Positions 19,947 through 30,065 of a stretch of DNA of 64,000 nt are shown piece by piece. The stretch is from an uncultured Poribacteria bacterium (GTDB lineage: Bacteria; Poribacteria; WGA-4E; WGA-3G), in NCBI GenBank assembly GCA_958296135.2, contig CATQHZ020000001.1, forward strand, positions 4,064,001-4,128,000. The letters run 5' to 3'. A program made the position numbers and the translations under genes. The notes under the pieces were generated by a model. That model ran no database searches, was not told the DNA's origin, and was given only the letters and a program-made list of their open reading frames with translations. Positions within the stretch are counted from its first letter, which is position 1, and the number at the start of each line of letters is the position of its first letter.

Positions 19947-20987
19947 TCATCCAAAATACCGGCGCACAAAGGGCCACGCACCCGCCTTGTAATACCGATG
20001 CCCACCCTCGCCGATGTAAAGTTCACACCGCTCCGGCACGCCTGCCACCGAGTAAATCGCCCTCAGCCGTTCATACGCCAACTCAACCTGAGCGATGGGG
20101 AAAATGCCATCATCGCGCCCAGCAATCGCACAGAACGGACGCGGCGCGATTAAACCGGCGACATCATACATCTCACCTAACCGCATCAACCCCGGCACAT
20201 AGTTGCAATCGCAGTGGTGAATAGTGCCGATGCTCCCCTCAAACGTGCAGAAATAGCAACTCGGCACAGCGACAGCAATGCGGGTTTCACACGCAGCAGC
20301 GAAGAGCGAGACGGTGCCGCCGCCCGAATTGCCGGTAATCGCGACGCGCTCCGCATCTACCGGCAGGTTCGCAATCGCCCAATCGATAAGACGCGACATG
20401 TCCCACACCCGCTCGCCGATAGGTGTCCTGCCGACGAGCATGCTATGCACCAGTTCCTCGCGGCAGGAGTTTGTCCGGTTGGCGCGCTTCGCCGCTTCCG
20501 TGCGAGTCTCGCCGAACGCGCGCGTCGTCGGCGCAATGGCGATGTACCCCTCCTCAACAGCCGCTTGCCGGGCGATATCGCGTTCACCTGCCAGCATCTC
20601 CTCCTCCTCTTTCTCGTTGTGCGCAATGCCAGCGTAGAGATGCGGATGGTTATGTCCGTGCGGCGCGAGAACTAACGGCAGGTTTCCCGCAATCGTCTTC
20701 GGCAGCAGCAAATAAAACGGCAGCGGCACCGACGGTTCTACCCACAGATGCCAACTTTCGCGGACATGGTTGCCCATGTCCAACGATTCGGTGCGTTCCG
20801 CTCTCGGCACGTAACCTGCCAAATCAGATTCCATGTTATCCAAACCGAGTGCTTCACGCAGTTTCGGGCGAAAAGCGGCTTGCCATGCCTGCAAGCCCTC
20901 CCGGGAAGTCACCCGAAATTCGTAGTCCCTCGGCACAGAGGCGTATAAAGATTCAAAGTGTTGCGCGGCATTATAGGTGGTTTCCAT
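19947..20987 (-). CDS. Alpha/beta hydrolase (dienelactone hydrolase/acetylxylan esterase-like)
   Basis: PHGH, GNSGGG nucleophile elbow, GRDD, GGHRY. Confidence 0.85.
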   Translation of the reverse strand: METTYNAAQHFESLYASVPRDYEFRVTSREGLQAWQAAFRPKLREALGLDNMESDLAGYVPRAERTESLDMGNHVRESWHLWVEPSVPLPFYLLLPKTIAGNLPLVLAPHGHNHPHLYAGIAHNEKEEEEMLAGERDIARQAAVEEGYIAIAPTTRAFGETRTEAAKRANRTNSCREELVHSMLVGRTPIGERVWDMSRLIDWAIANLPVDAERVAITGNSGGGTVSLFAAACETRIAVAVPSCYFCTFEGSIGTIHHCDCNYVPGLMRLGEMYDVAGLIAPRPFCAIAGRDDGIFPIAQVELAYERLRAIYSVAGVPERCELYIGEGGHRYYKAGAWPFVRRYFG

Positions 20988-21104
20988 GATGCGACTCTCC
21001 TCAAAATTTGGTTTTTTCTTGACAACGTTCACAATTTTGTGATAATCTATGGATATGCAGTATACACGAACTCTCAATATAGGGCAACTTACGCGTAAAA
21101 TGAA

Positions 21105-21207
21105 AAAAATCGGACACTTTGAAGATTTTGGTCGACATTGAAGATATGCACGCTTTTTTAATCAAAAATCGGGCGTTTTTCACGTTTTGGTCGACCTTAA
21201 AAATAGA
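21105..21207 (+). promoter_or_regulatory. Tandem ~44-bp imperfect direct repeat (59-bp period), promoter/operator-like
   Basis: AAAAATCGG...TTTTGGTCGAC.TT.AA.ATA at 21105 and 21164. Confidence 0.6.
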
Positions 21208-21219
21208 ATCGTGAGTTTC

Positions 21220-21738
21220 CTGCAAGGCGCGAAATCCTTCGGACGCGGCGCGATTTTCCGGAGACTTCTAATTGTCCATGACAAGCTACGTCCAGCGGAA
21301 TGTAGTTGACACCCTTGAGGCCTGTGAAGATTGCCGCGGGCCTCAATACTAGCACAAATAGAGAACCACGAAACGGTCAATGGCCTAGTTAACAAGGCGC
21401 GTCAACGCGCCTGTCTTTGGCATGGCGCACGATGCAAAACAGGAAGAGCATAGACAGCTCTCGGCCGCCTTAATCAGGGCTACCTAATATAGGCAGTCAA
21501 ACTGAGAGGATGAGCGGAATAAGCGGCGCGTAGCCAAAAGCGGATATGAACACTATCCGCCTTAACCTCCGAAGGGCGCAGCTAGAAGCGCGTCTACGGA
21601 CGGCTGGTAGCGCGCACTGTGCCATGCGAGCCTGCACAGTGACGCACTACAAACTATCTTACGAAGATACCCGTCCAGACGGTTTATGAGATGACTTCCG
21701 GAGCCATTTAGTTTTCGGTTTCGTCGCGGAGCATTGCG
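21220..21738 (+). ncRNA. Candidate large structured non-coding RNA
   Basis: No credible ORF; about ten helices with G-U pairs plus nested long-range 5'/3' pairings. Confidence 0.5.
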
Positions 21739-21824
21739 CGCACCAATTGCCGTAGTGCAGGAGCACCTGCTCCCGCACTACGGGGTGGGAAAGTTAAATG
21801 GCTCTGTGACAATCGAGGTGCATT

Positions 21825-22511
21825 ATGCGGAAACTTGCGTTTGCTGCTATCATCGTGCTGCTCGCCGCCGGCATCATCTTCATCTATGCCGAATGGGAGA
21901 AAAAGCACTTCACCGAGAATCTCCCGAAACCCCCGGCAAACATGGAGTCACCCGATACATCGTCAGAGGAGGAGCCGTCGTCTACCCTTGAGGTACCTCC
22001 TGCGTCGCAGCACCAAGGCACACCGGAACAACTAGAGCAGGATAGCGAGACAACTTCCGGACAACTTACCACGGAAGAAGACGATTGGCCAACCGTGCCC
22101 CATCCTTATCGCCACGGCCACGCACGGACACCTGATCCGGGGAGAAACGAGAACACTGCCACCCAGGAAACATCTGAAGCCATGAGTGACGACGAACTTT
22201 GGGACCGGGACCTGAACCAACTCATCGAACGGTTCGGAGATATCCCCGAAGTTCATGCCTATCTGGAATACGACCGGCGGGTCAGAACCGGACAGCACAT
22301 CACGCTCGAAGAGGATATCGCTTTTCTTGAAGCGATGCAGTTTCTGTTCCCTAATGAGGCGACTCGCAAAACAATCCTCCTCAAAAAATGGGAATTGAAA
22401 AATGGTTTCATCTTGCCAACGGCAGCGGATTTGGAGTACTTCAAGAGTGAGGGCATCACGGTGCTCTACCATGAGGACGGCTCTCTCAAGAAAATCACTA
22501 CGAAGTATTAA
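21825..22511 (+). CDS. Membrane-anchored hypothetical protein (FGDxPEVH family)
   Basis: GAGG RBS, N-terminal TM, acidic linker, conserved C-terminal domain shared with 17749..18102. Confidence 0.8.
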   Translation: MRKLAFAAIIVLLAAGIIFIYAEWEKKHFTENLPKPPANMESPDTSSEEEPSSTLEVPPASQHQGTPEQLEQDSETTSGQLTTEEDDWPTVPHPYRHGHARTPDPGRNENTATQETSEAMSDDELWDRDLNQLIERFGDIPEVHAYLEYDRRVRTGQHITLEEDIAFLEAMQFLFPNEATRKTILLKKWELKNGFILPTAADLEYFKSEGITVLYHEDGSLKKITTKY

Positions 22512-22525
22512 CGGGCCTGATAAGA

Positions 22526-22569
22526 CCGCGGTTCCAAATCGCAGTGCTATTGGAGCCGCGGCTTTTTTT
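22526..22569 (+). terminator. Rho-independent terminator
   Basis: CCGCGGTTCCAA/TTGGAGCCGCGG stem followed by T7 just after the stop codon. Confidence 0.75.
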
Positions 22570-22723
22570 CGTGAACACGGCATTCTCCCCGGTACGAGAG
22601 ACATCCCTGTCTCGACGCAGGCAGGACCCCCCGGTCCCGATACTTCTGGGATTTCGTTCTATCCATTTGATTTTATCTCCGTTTTATGCTATGCTATGCT
22701 ATTCCTAAGGAGGCGAAAACACT

Positions 22724-23605
22724 ATGAAAGTATTGATAACCGGTGCAAGCGGCAAACTCGGAACCTTTGTCATCAAGGAATTGGCCGAACAGCATACACT
22801 GACGCTTATGTCGCGCCGGCAACCGCCGGACGAATTCTCACATCTCCCGTTTATTCAGGGAGATCTGAACAATTTCGAGGATTGCCAGCGCGCCGTCGAA
22901 GGCGTAGACGCAATCCAACACCTCGGCGCGCAACCGGGGCCCGTAGATCATCCCGATATGCGGGCGAACGCAGCGGCGCAAGGCATCCCTTTCGATGCAA
23001 CCTTCAAAACCAACATGCTCGGCACCTATTACCTCATGCAGGCGGCTATCGAAGCAGGCGTGCAAACGGTGGTAATGTCCGGCAGCAATTGCGCGTTAGG
23101 GCACGGCTTCCGCATCAGCAAAACCGACATCCCGATAGATTACCTGCCTTTAGACGAAGAACATCCGTGCTACCCGGAAGATTCCTATAGTTTCTCCAAA
23201 CGGCACGGCGAAGCACTGCTGGAGAGTTACACCCGCGCCTACGGTATCCGAACCTACGTCACACGCCCGGCTGGTATCTGCCCTGAAGACCGGCGGCAGC
23301 AAATGGCAGAAAATGCGAAGCCGACTACCGGCTGGACACCGTGGCTGTGGTGTTGGGTAGGCAGTGAAGATGTCGCCAGCGCACACCGATTGCTCATGGA
23401 AAAGGCGGAGACGCTACCACCGCACGATGTCTACTTCCTCAACGCAGACGACACATCGGCGCTAGAACCCTCGCAAGAGTTAGTAGAACGGTTTAAACCG
23501 GAACTGCTTTCCAAAGTGAGAATGCTCCACCGGCACCAATCGTTTATCAACTGCGACAAACTGAAGCGTGCCATCGGTTGGCAGCACACCACATCGTGGA
23601 GATGA
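22724..23605 (+). CDS. NAD-dependent epimerase/dehydratase
   Basis: TGASGKLG, YSFSK. Confidence 0.9.
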   Translation: MKVLITGASGKLGTFVIKELAEQHTLTLMSRRQPPDEFSHLPFIQGDLNNFEDCQRAVEGVDAIQHLGAQPGPVDHPDMRANAAAQGIPFDATFKTNMLGTYYLMQAAIEAGVQTVVMSGSNCALGHGFRISKTDIPIDYLPLDEEHPCYPEDSYSFSKRHGEALLESYTRAYGIRTYVTRPAGICPEDRRQQMAENAKPTTGWTPWLWCWVGSEDVASAHRLLMEKAETLPPHDVYFLNADDTSALEPSQELVERFKPELLSKVRMLHRHQSFINCDKLKRAIGWQHTTSWR

Positions 23606-23687
23606 CGGAAAACTGTCTACAGCCCATAGCGCGAGGGCCCGTCCCTCGCATGCCTTCCCTTCATGAAAAACTATTTCGGAGGAAAAA

Positions 23688-24758
23688 ATGAGCGACAGAG
23701 TTCGCATCGGAATCGTCGGCGTGGGAAGCATCTCCGTACGCGGAATCCTCCCGCACCTCACACAAGACGATGTCCAAGACAGACTACAAGTCACCGCCGT
23801 CTGCGACCCGGTTCCCGGCAGAGCGCAAGCCGCATCCGAGAAGTTTAACGTGCCGCACGCGTACGAAACCTACGAAGCGTTGTTGGCGGACGGACATGTG
23901 GATGCCGTGAGCATCGCATCGCCGATCGGGTTGCATTATGAACAAGGAAAACTCGCCATTGAACACGGCGTGCATGCACACTTCAACAAGACAATGACAA
24001 CTACCGTCGAGGAAGCAGATAATCTGATTGCCTCAGCGGCAGAAAAACGTGTCAAATTAGTGGCTTCGCCCGGCCAGATGCTGCGGCCAATCAATCAGGA
24101 AATTCGCCGGCTCGTCAATGACGGCGCGCTAGGAACGCTGACGTGGGCAGCCACCGGCTCAGCCTTCGGCAGATACCACGAAAACGAATCAGTCCGCCAC
24201 GGCGATGATCTCCTATCCAATATTAACCCCGCGTGGTATTTCCGCAAACCGGGCGGCGGCCCGCTTTACGACATGACTGTTTACGGCCTGCACACGCTAA
24301 CCGGCATTCTCGGCCCAGCGAAGCGGGTAACAGCGTTCTCCGGCGTGCGCATCAAGAAACGCGAATTCCGTGGCGAAATGCTCCCGTGCGACATGGACGA
24401 TAACACCTTCATTTTGCTGGACTTCGGCGAGGCCTTTTTCGCGTTTGTCTACGGGGCCGCCGCCGGATCCCAGGTCAGAGGCGGATTAGCAATTCACGGC
24501 ACAACCGGCACAATTGAAGGCGGTTCCTTCAACGGCAAACCGATTCCGGACATGGAACTTCCGCACGTGGTAGGAACGCATCGGAATATTCAGGAAGCGC
24601 ATGTCTATGAGGATATCATGCAGTTAGTGGACTGGATCCGTGAGGACAAACCGACTCTCGTCACGGCGGAGCATGCGCGGCATGTAATAGAAATTTTTGA
24701 CGCAGGCTACCGGTCTGCGCAAACCGGGCACGCGCAAACCTTGCGAACCCGCTTTTAA
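23688..24758 (+). CDS. Gfo/Idh/MocA family oxidoreductase
   Basis: IGIVGVGSI, GGGPLYDMTVY. Confidence 0.9.
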   Translation: MSDRVRIGIVGVGSISVRGILPHLTQDDVQDRLQVTAVCDPVPGRAQAASEKFNVPHAYETYEALLADGHVDAVSIASPIGLHYEQGKLAIEHGVHAHFNKTMTTTVEEADNLIASAAEKRVKLVASPGQMLRPINQEIRRLVNDGALGTLTWAATGSAFGRYHENESVRHGDDLLSNINPAWYFRKPGGGPLYDMTVYGLHTLTGILGPAKRVTAFSGVRIKKREFRGEMLPCDMDDNTFILLDFGEAFFAFVYGAAAGSQVRGGLAIHGTTGTIEGGSFNGKPIPDMELPHVVGTHRNIQEAHVYEDIMQLVDWIREDKPTLVTAEHARHVIEIFDAGYRSAQTGHAQTLRTRF

Positions 24759-24827
24759 TCGGCCCGCAGCCCGTAGGGCGCGGGAAACCTGTCCCTCGCC
24801 ATGCTTGTTTCAAAAGGAAATAACCTT

Positions 24828-25778
24828 ATGCCAAACGCTTTATGTATCGGTGAGCTCCTCATCGATTTTGTATCCACCACCCCGGATGTGACGCTCGCCG
24901 ATGCACCGGGGTTCGTCAAAGCCCCTGGCGGCGCGCCTGCGAATGTCGCCGTCGGATTAGCAAAACTCGGCATTGATGCCGGGTTTATCGGCAAAGTCGG
25001 CGCAGATGCGTTCGGCGATTTCCTGCGCGAGACGCTCGCACAGCACAGCGTCAATACTGACTACCTCATCGCCGATGATACATCTCGCACAACGCTAGCC
25101 TTCGTCGCAACGCGCTCTGACGGAATGAAGGACATCACCTTCTATCGGCACCCTGGGGCGGACACCCAACTCTCGCCTAACGAAATTGACGAAGAATACA
25201 TTCAATCGGCGGAACTGTTCCACTACGGCTCTGTCAGCCTGAGCCATTCGCCCAGCCGAGAGGCTACGCTGAAAGCCATCCACTGTGCGAAAGCAGGCGG
25301 CGCGCTCCTCTCCTATGATGTGAATCTGCGGTTGATGCTCTGGGATAACGCAAACGATGCCAAACGGCGGATCTGGGAGGTAATGCCACACGCCGATATC
25401 GTCAAAATATCCGAAGAAGAATGGGATTTCATCATGGGCGATGTCAACTTTGCAAGTGGGGCGCAACGCCTTATCGCGCAGGGCGCAACCCTTGTCGTCG
25501 TCACGTTAGGCGAAAAGGGGTGTTACTACACCAACGGCAGGGCCGCAGGCACGGTTGACGGAATCGCTGTCAACGTGGCGGATACCCTTGGCGCAGGCGA
25601 CGCGTTCGTCGCGGCGATGCTGTCCCAACTGATACAGCATGAACATCTCAAGGCACTTGACACCGAACAACTCGACGCGATAATGCGCTACGCGAACGCA
25701 GCGGGAGCATTAGCGACGCAGAAGGTGGGGGTAATCCCTGCATTGCCTACAGCCGCGGAAATTGAGGCGTTTCCGTAG
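24828..25778 (+). CDS. PfkB family carbohydrate kinase (fructokinase-like)
   Basis: GELLID, GGAPANVA, DTLGAGDAF. Confidence 0.93.
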   Translation: MPNALCIGELLIDFVSTTPDVTLADAPGFVKAPGGAPANVAVGLAKLGIDAGFIGKVGADAFGDFLRETLAQHSVNTDYLIADDTSRTTLAFVATRSDGMKDITFYRHPGADTQLSPNEIDEEYIQSAELFHYGSVSLSHSPSREATLKAIHCAKAGGALLSYDVNLRLMLWDNANDAKRRIWEVMPHADIVKISEEEWDFIMGDVNFASGAQRLIAQGATLVVVTLGEKGCYYTNGRAAGTVDGIAVNVADTLGAGDAFVAAMLSQLIQHEHLKALDTEQLDAIMRYANAAGALATQKVGVIPALPTAAEIEAFP

Positions 25779-25823
25779 AAGCGAACACGAAATCGTGATG
25801 CTACCGCTCCATACATTTTTCGC

Positions 25824-25852
25824 TTGACATCCGGTAGTTTTTGTGGTATCCT
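25824..25852 (+). promoter_or_regulatory. Sigma-70 promoter
   Basis: TTGACA-N17-TATCCT with TG extension. Confidence 0.55.
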
Positions 25853-25957
25853 TTAATGAAGGTTTATGTGAAATACGACAATTTACCGCCGAAAGGGCAC
25901 GAGGGACAGGCCCTCGGGCTACGTGCCACGGAAGAGCTTCAGAATAAGGAGTGAAAC

Positions 25958-26371
25958 GTGAAACATACAACCCGAATAGAACTCGCGAATCTAGCCGATA
26001 TTCATTTGCTCAAGCGAGGATTCATCAACCCGGAAGAGGTGCGGCAGGTTACCGTCAAAAAGGCAGTTGTTGATTCCGGGGCAAGTTGGTTATGCCTACC
26101 GAAAGGGCTCACTGAGCACCTCGGTTTGACAGCCGTCAGAAGCAGACCTGCCCTAACCACGAACGGTGTCGTAGAGCGGACTGTTTATTCGCCTGTTCAA
26201 TTTACGATATTGGAACGCACGTCAACGATAGAGGTTATTGAAGTGCCGGATGGGGTGCCAGTCCTCGTTGGCCACATCGTTTTGGAGATGCTCGACCTCA
26301 ACCTTGACATCAAGGAGGGGCTCATCTATAATCCTGAGCACAACGGCGAATGGATTATTGAGTTGCTCTAA
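25958..26371 (+). CDS. Clan AA (retropepsin-like) aspartyl protease
   Basis: AVVDSGA and VLVG..VLE motifs; AGGAG RBS. Confidence 0.85.
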   Translation: MKHTTRIELANLADIHLLKRGFINPEEVRQVTVKKAVVDSGASWLCLPKGLTEHLGLTAVRSRPALTTNGVVERTVYSPVQFTILERTSTIEVIEVPDGVPVLVGHIVLEMLDLNLDIKEGLIYNPEHNGEWIIELL

Positions 26372-26372
26372 C

Positions 26373-27149
26373 TCAACACCGCCGCGCTTTAACCGCATAC
26401 ATCGGCCACGAAAAATAGAAATCCTCACCCACTGGACGGACGGTGTAGTGCGCCTTCGCCTCATCCGGAGAGAGCTGCGCAAAGGCATCGCGGATCTCAC
26501 GCACCACTGCCGGCGGGTTCTTCTCTGGCCGCACCCACCATAAAAACGACATCTGCGCATTTCGTGCATGCGCAAACCGCTCTATTGTAAAGCCAGCCGC
26601 CGTAATCATCGCATCCCATTGAGATGGCGGATAACCATACACATGCGAATCATCTCGCAACGTCTCCACCCGATTCTGCCACCTGATAAGTTCCTCCGAT
26701 TCCGGCGAGACTGAATCCACCATGCAGAACAACCCATTCTGCCGTAAAACCCGATGCACTTCGCTTAAAAATGCCGGCACATCTTGAAAGTGATGCGGCG
26801 CGAGACGACATGTCACCAAATCATAAGAGGCACTAGCGAACGGCAGTGCCTCCGCAGCGGCGAGAGAAAAAGCAACGTTCGGTATCGCTTGTTCCTGGGC
26901 CAATTCAGCCGCCTTGACGAGCATCTCCGCTGTCAAATCTGTCGCGATGACATTCGCGACGTTGGGTGCAAACGCGAACGCCGTGAATCCTGTCCCGGTG
27001 GCGATGTCTAGCACCTGTTCCGTGCCTTTCGGTTCGGCAAATTCAAGGATGACATCAAGAGTATCGCCTTTGGCATGCGCCGTGCTTTGCGCGTAGTACT
27101 CGGCATGTTGGCTGAACTGTGCTTTGACAGTGTTGTGAATAGATTTCAT
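26373..27149 (-). CDS. Class I SAM-dependent methyltransferase
   Basis: VLDIATGTGF, LPF....DLVTCRLAPHHF. Confidence 0.9.
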   Translation of the reverse strand: MKSIHNTVKAQFSQHAEYYAQSTAHAKGDTLDVILEFAEPKGTEQVLDIATGTGFTAFAFAPNVANVIATDLTAEMLVKAAELAQEQAIPNVAFSLAAAEALPFASASYDLVTCRLAPHHFQDVPAFLSEVHRVLRQNGLFCMVDSVSPESEELIRWQNRVETLRDDSHVYGYPPSQWDAMITAAGFTIERFAHARNAQMSFLWWVRPEKNPPAVVREIRDAFAQLSPDEAKAHYTVRPVGEDFYFSWPMYAVKARRC

Positions 27150-27150
27150 T

Positions 27151-27519
27151 TTATGCCACGTTCTCCACGTGCACTTCTTCCGTTTCGGGTGCAACTGCAA
27201 CCGCGGGCATCGCCTCGGCCAACGGAGCGATCGTCAGCCGGCAACCGAGGGCCTTGAGGATAAGGGCGAAGGTGTCTAGCGGCGGTGCTTCATTGCCGGA
27301 AAGCAGCTGCTCCAATGCCTTCGGTTCAAGTTGTGTTTGCTGTGCAAATTTGGCAACGCCACCTTGTCCCGCGACAACGATTTCAACCGCGTCCAAGAAT
27401 ATGGCAGTTTCCCCATCAACCTGGTATTCTTCTAGTGCTAATTGGAGGTAGTCAATCGCTTCCTCCCGGTTCGCAAAGTCTTCAAGTAAAACTTCGCGTA
27501 ATGTTCTGAATTTTCTCAT
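27151..27519 (-). CDS. Addiction-module antidote (HTH antitoxin)
   Basis: YLQLALEE...[12 protein letters not shown]...P.LDT..LILKALG; ATGA overlap with toxin stop. Confidence 0.85.
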   Translation of the reverse strand: MRKFRTLREVLLEDFANREEAIDYLQLALEEYQVDGETAIFLDAVEIVVAGQGGVAKFAQQTQLEPKALEQLLSGNEAPPLDTFALILKALGCRLTIAPLAEAMPAVAVAPETEEVHVENVA

Positions 27520-27857
27520 CGTTGGGCACCTTTGTATTCCTGCCAATAAGTTTGCGCACGCTGAATGTCCCGAGCTTGCGATGATTTGTCCCCACCACAC
27601 AGAACCAGGATAATTGTGTTCCCGACTTCGCGAAAATAGATACGATAGCCGGGCCCAAAGTCCAGACGCAACTCAGAAACTCCGCCGCCAACAGGACCAC
27701 AATCCCCAAAATTACCGCCTTCAAGCCGCGCAAGGCGTTTACGAATGCGGTTGCGTGTCCGCAGCTCTGGCACTTTTTCTTTTACCCATTCATTGTAAGG
27801 TTCTCGTCCATTGGCAGTCTGGAAGAACCGTATCTCTCGTGGATGCGCGTTACGCAT
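27516..27857 (-). CDS. RelE/HigB-like addiction-module toxin
   Basis: [25 protein letters not shown]...[12 protein letters not shown]. Confidence 0.92.
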   Translation of the reverse strand: MRNAHPREIRFFQTANGREPYNEWVKEKVPELRTRNRIRKRLARLEGGNFGDCGPVGGGVSELRLDFGPGYRIYFREVGNTIILVLCGGDKSSQARDIQRAQTYWQEYKGAQR

Positions 27858-27939
27858 GCGGTCTGCTCATTAATGTTTCTCAGTAAGGACAACTTGCAAC
27901 CGCGCCCTACGGCACTGCTGCCCTTGGTGCCAAATAGAA

Positions 27940-28509
27940 CTAAGCGACGTTTTCGACGTGCACTTCTTCCGTTTCGGGTGCAACTGCAACCGCAGGCATC
28001 GCCTCGGCCAACGGGGCAATCGTCAGCCGGCAGCCGAGCACTTTCAGGATAAGAGCGAAGGTGTCTAGCGACGGTGCTTCATTGCCGGAAAGCAGCTGCG
28101 CCAGTGCCGCCGGTTCCAGCTGCGTCTGTTTCGCCAACTTGGCAACGCCACCCTGTGATGCAACGAAGGTCTGGAGCGACATGAGAAATAGTCGCGTGTC
28201 GCCATCATTTTGATATTCTTCTACAGACAGTTGGAGGTAACCAATCGCTTCCTCCCTATCTTTAGCGAGCCTTTCAATGAGGACTTCCCGCCATTTTCTC
28301 ATTTGTCTCATCGGTGTATCTCCCAGTTGCGTTTGCTGTGCCAATTTGGCAACGCCACCCTGCGAGGCTACGACGAGCTCCAGCGCGGATAGAACAGTAG
28401 CAATATTCCCAAAGCGTTGATATTCTTCCATTACCGCTTTGAGAAAGCCTACTGCTTCCTCCGGGTCTCCAGCAAAGTCTTCAATGAAGACTTCCCGCAA
28501 CGTTCTCAT
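27940..28509 (-). CDS. Addiction-module antitoxin with duplicated N-terminal unit (internal restart at 28311)
   Basis: Two successive ...ASQGGVAKLA units; C-terminus near-identical to 27151..27519. Confidence 0.75.
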   Translation of the reverse strand: MRTLREVFIEDFAGDPEEAVGFLKAVMEEYQRFGNIATVLSALELVVASQGGVAKLAQQTQLGDTPMRQMRKWREVLIERLAKDREEAIGYLQLSVEEYQNDGDTRLFLMSLQTFVASQGGVAKLAKQTQLEPAALAQLLSGNEAPSLDTFALILKVLGCRLTIAPLAEAMPAVAVAPETEEVHVENVA

Positions 28510-28514
28510 TTTCC

Positions 28515-28730
28515 TCAGCCGGGCCCAAAGTCCAGACGCAGCTCAGAAACTCCGCCGCCAACAGGACCGCAATCCCCAAAATTGCCGACTTCAAGCCGGT
28601 CAAGTCGTTTCTGAATGCGGTTGCGTGTTTCCTTGTCCTGAATTGAATCAAGCCACTCATTGAAAGGTTCGCGTCCAGTTTGGGTACGGAATACCTCAAG
28701 TTCTCGCAGGTGTGCATCACGCATGGACAC
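28515..28730 (-). pseudogene. Truncated RelE/HigB-like toxin
   Basis: Paralog of 27516..27857 that stops after RLDFGPG and lacks YRIYF...GGDK. Confidence 0.8.
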
Positions 28731-28816
28731 TCTCTCGTCTTTGGCTTGACAAAAACCATGAACTATTATATCCTAAGTCCAGTTTTGCGCAACGGAAAAT
28801 CGCGCGATGCCCGAGT

Positions 28817-29920
28817 CTAATCAAAAACGATAACCCCCCGCGCGTTTTCGCCTGCCTCCATATCCGCGAACGCCTCGTTGATTTGCTCAAGCCGATAGTG
28901 ACGCGTGATGAGTTCATCCAACTTCAACTTGCCCTCCTCATAAAGCGAGAGCAACTTCGGCATATCTACCCGCGGGCGGCACGAACCGTAGAAGGAACCG
29001 ATTAACTGTCTTTCTGTTGATACGAGATGTTGCGCCGGAAGGCTCACTTCCGCCTCATGATGCGCCATCCCAACGATAACCGCAGTGCCAGCAGCTCGCA
29101 CCATCCGATACGCCTGCACGATTGTCTTCGGATTGCCGATTACCTCAAAGGCGTAATCCACGCCGAGGCCGGCTGTCACTTCGCGAACAGCCTCAATCGG
29201 ATCGGACGCGCCAGCGTTCACCACATCCGTTGCTCCGAAACGTTTGGCGAGATCCAGTTTCTTCGCCGCGATATCAACAGCGATAATCCGTTCCGCTCGC
29301 GCCAACACCGCGCCTTGAATAACGTTCAATCCAACGCCGCCCGCGCCGATAACCGCCACCGTGCTCCCTGGTTCCACCCTCGCTGTGTTGAGCACGGCAC
29401 CCACACCCGTCGTCACACCACAGCCAACGAGCGCGGCCTTCTCTAACGGATAGTGCGGCGCGATTTTAACGAGGTTTTGTTCCGGGACTACCATGTACTC
29501 GGACATCGTGGCGATGCGAGCCATCTGGTAAATCGGCTTGCCCGATTTGTTGTAGAGGCGATAAGTACCGTCTAATTGAAACCCACGCGGCACATCGTAA
29601 CTCTCGCAGAGGCATACCTTGTCCATCAGGCACATCCGACACGTGCCACAATAAGTGACAAACGAAAGGATAACCCGGTCGCCGGGACAAAAGTCTGTCA
29701 CCCCATCACCGACGCGCTCAATCGTGCCAGCACCTTCATGTCCAAGCGCGACAGCATCATTGTAGTAGATGGCACCGGTGACGACAGATAAATCGGAATG
29801 GCAAACGCCACTCGCGCCGGTGCGGATAAGCACCTCGTTGGATTTCGGTTCTTCCAACTCCAATTCCTCAACGACGACAGGTTCGTTGTGTTCATAAACA
29901 ACGGCAGCACGCGTTTTCAT
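28817..29920 (-). CDS. Zn-dependent alcohol dehydrogenase
   Basis: GVCHSD, LGHEGAG, CGTCRMC...C, GCGVTTG, GAGGVG. Confidence 0.95.
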   Translation of the reverse strand: MKTRAAVVYEHNEPVVVEELELEEPKSNEVLIRTGASGVCHSDLSVVTGAIYYNDAVALGHEGAGTIERVGDGVTDFCPGDRVILSFVTYCGTCRMCLMDKVCLCESYDVPRGFQLDGTYRLYNKSGKPIYQMARIATMSEYMVVPEQNLVKIAPHYPLEKAALVGCGVTTGVGAVLNTARVEPGSTVAVIGAGGVGLNVIQGAVLARAERIIAVDIAAKKLDLAKRFGATDVVNAGASDPIEAVREVTAGLGVDYAFEVIGNPKTIVQAYRMVRAAGTAVIVGMAHHEAEVSLPAQHLVSTERQLIGSFYGSCRPRVDMPKLLSLYEEGKLKLDELITRHYRLEQINEAFADMEAGENARGVIVFD

Positions 29921-30065
29921 AGGTGTCGTCCTCCGTTCTAACGGGCAGCCATAGACATCCGCCCTGATGTGCAAGACACGGCAAGGGACAGGCACGCGCC
30001 CTACAAGAAACAGCGAAAACCATAGAGACCCGCCCCTACAGTCTCTTGCAAAGGATAAGCCGCAA

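Noticed and set aside
21220-21738. tmRNA, RNase P or SRP RNA
   Set aside because: No tRNA-like ends or CCA, no GAGGAAAGTCC, and no SRP loop motif on either strand
28515-28517. Selenocysteine/readthrough at the TGA of the short toxin
   Set aside because: The downstream sequence is the antitoxin start rather than the rest of the toxin, so this is a deletion
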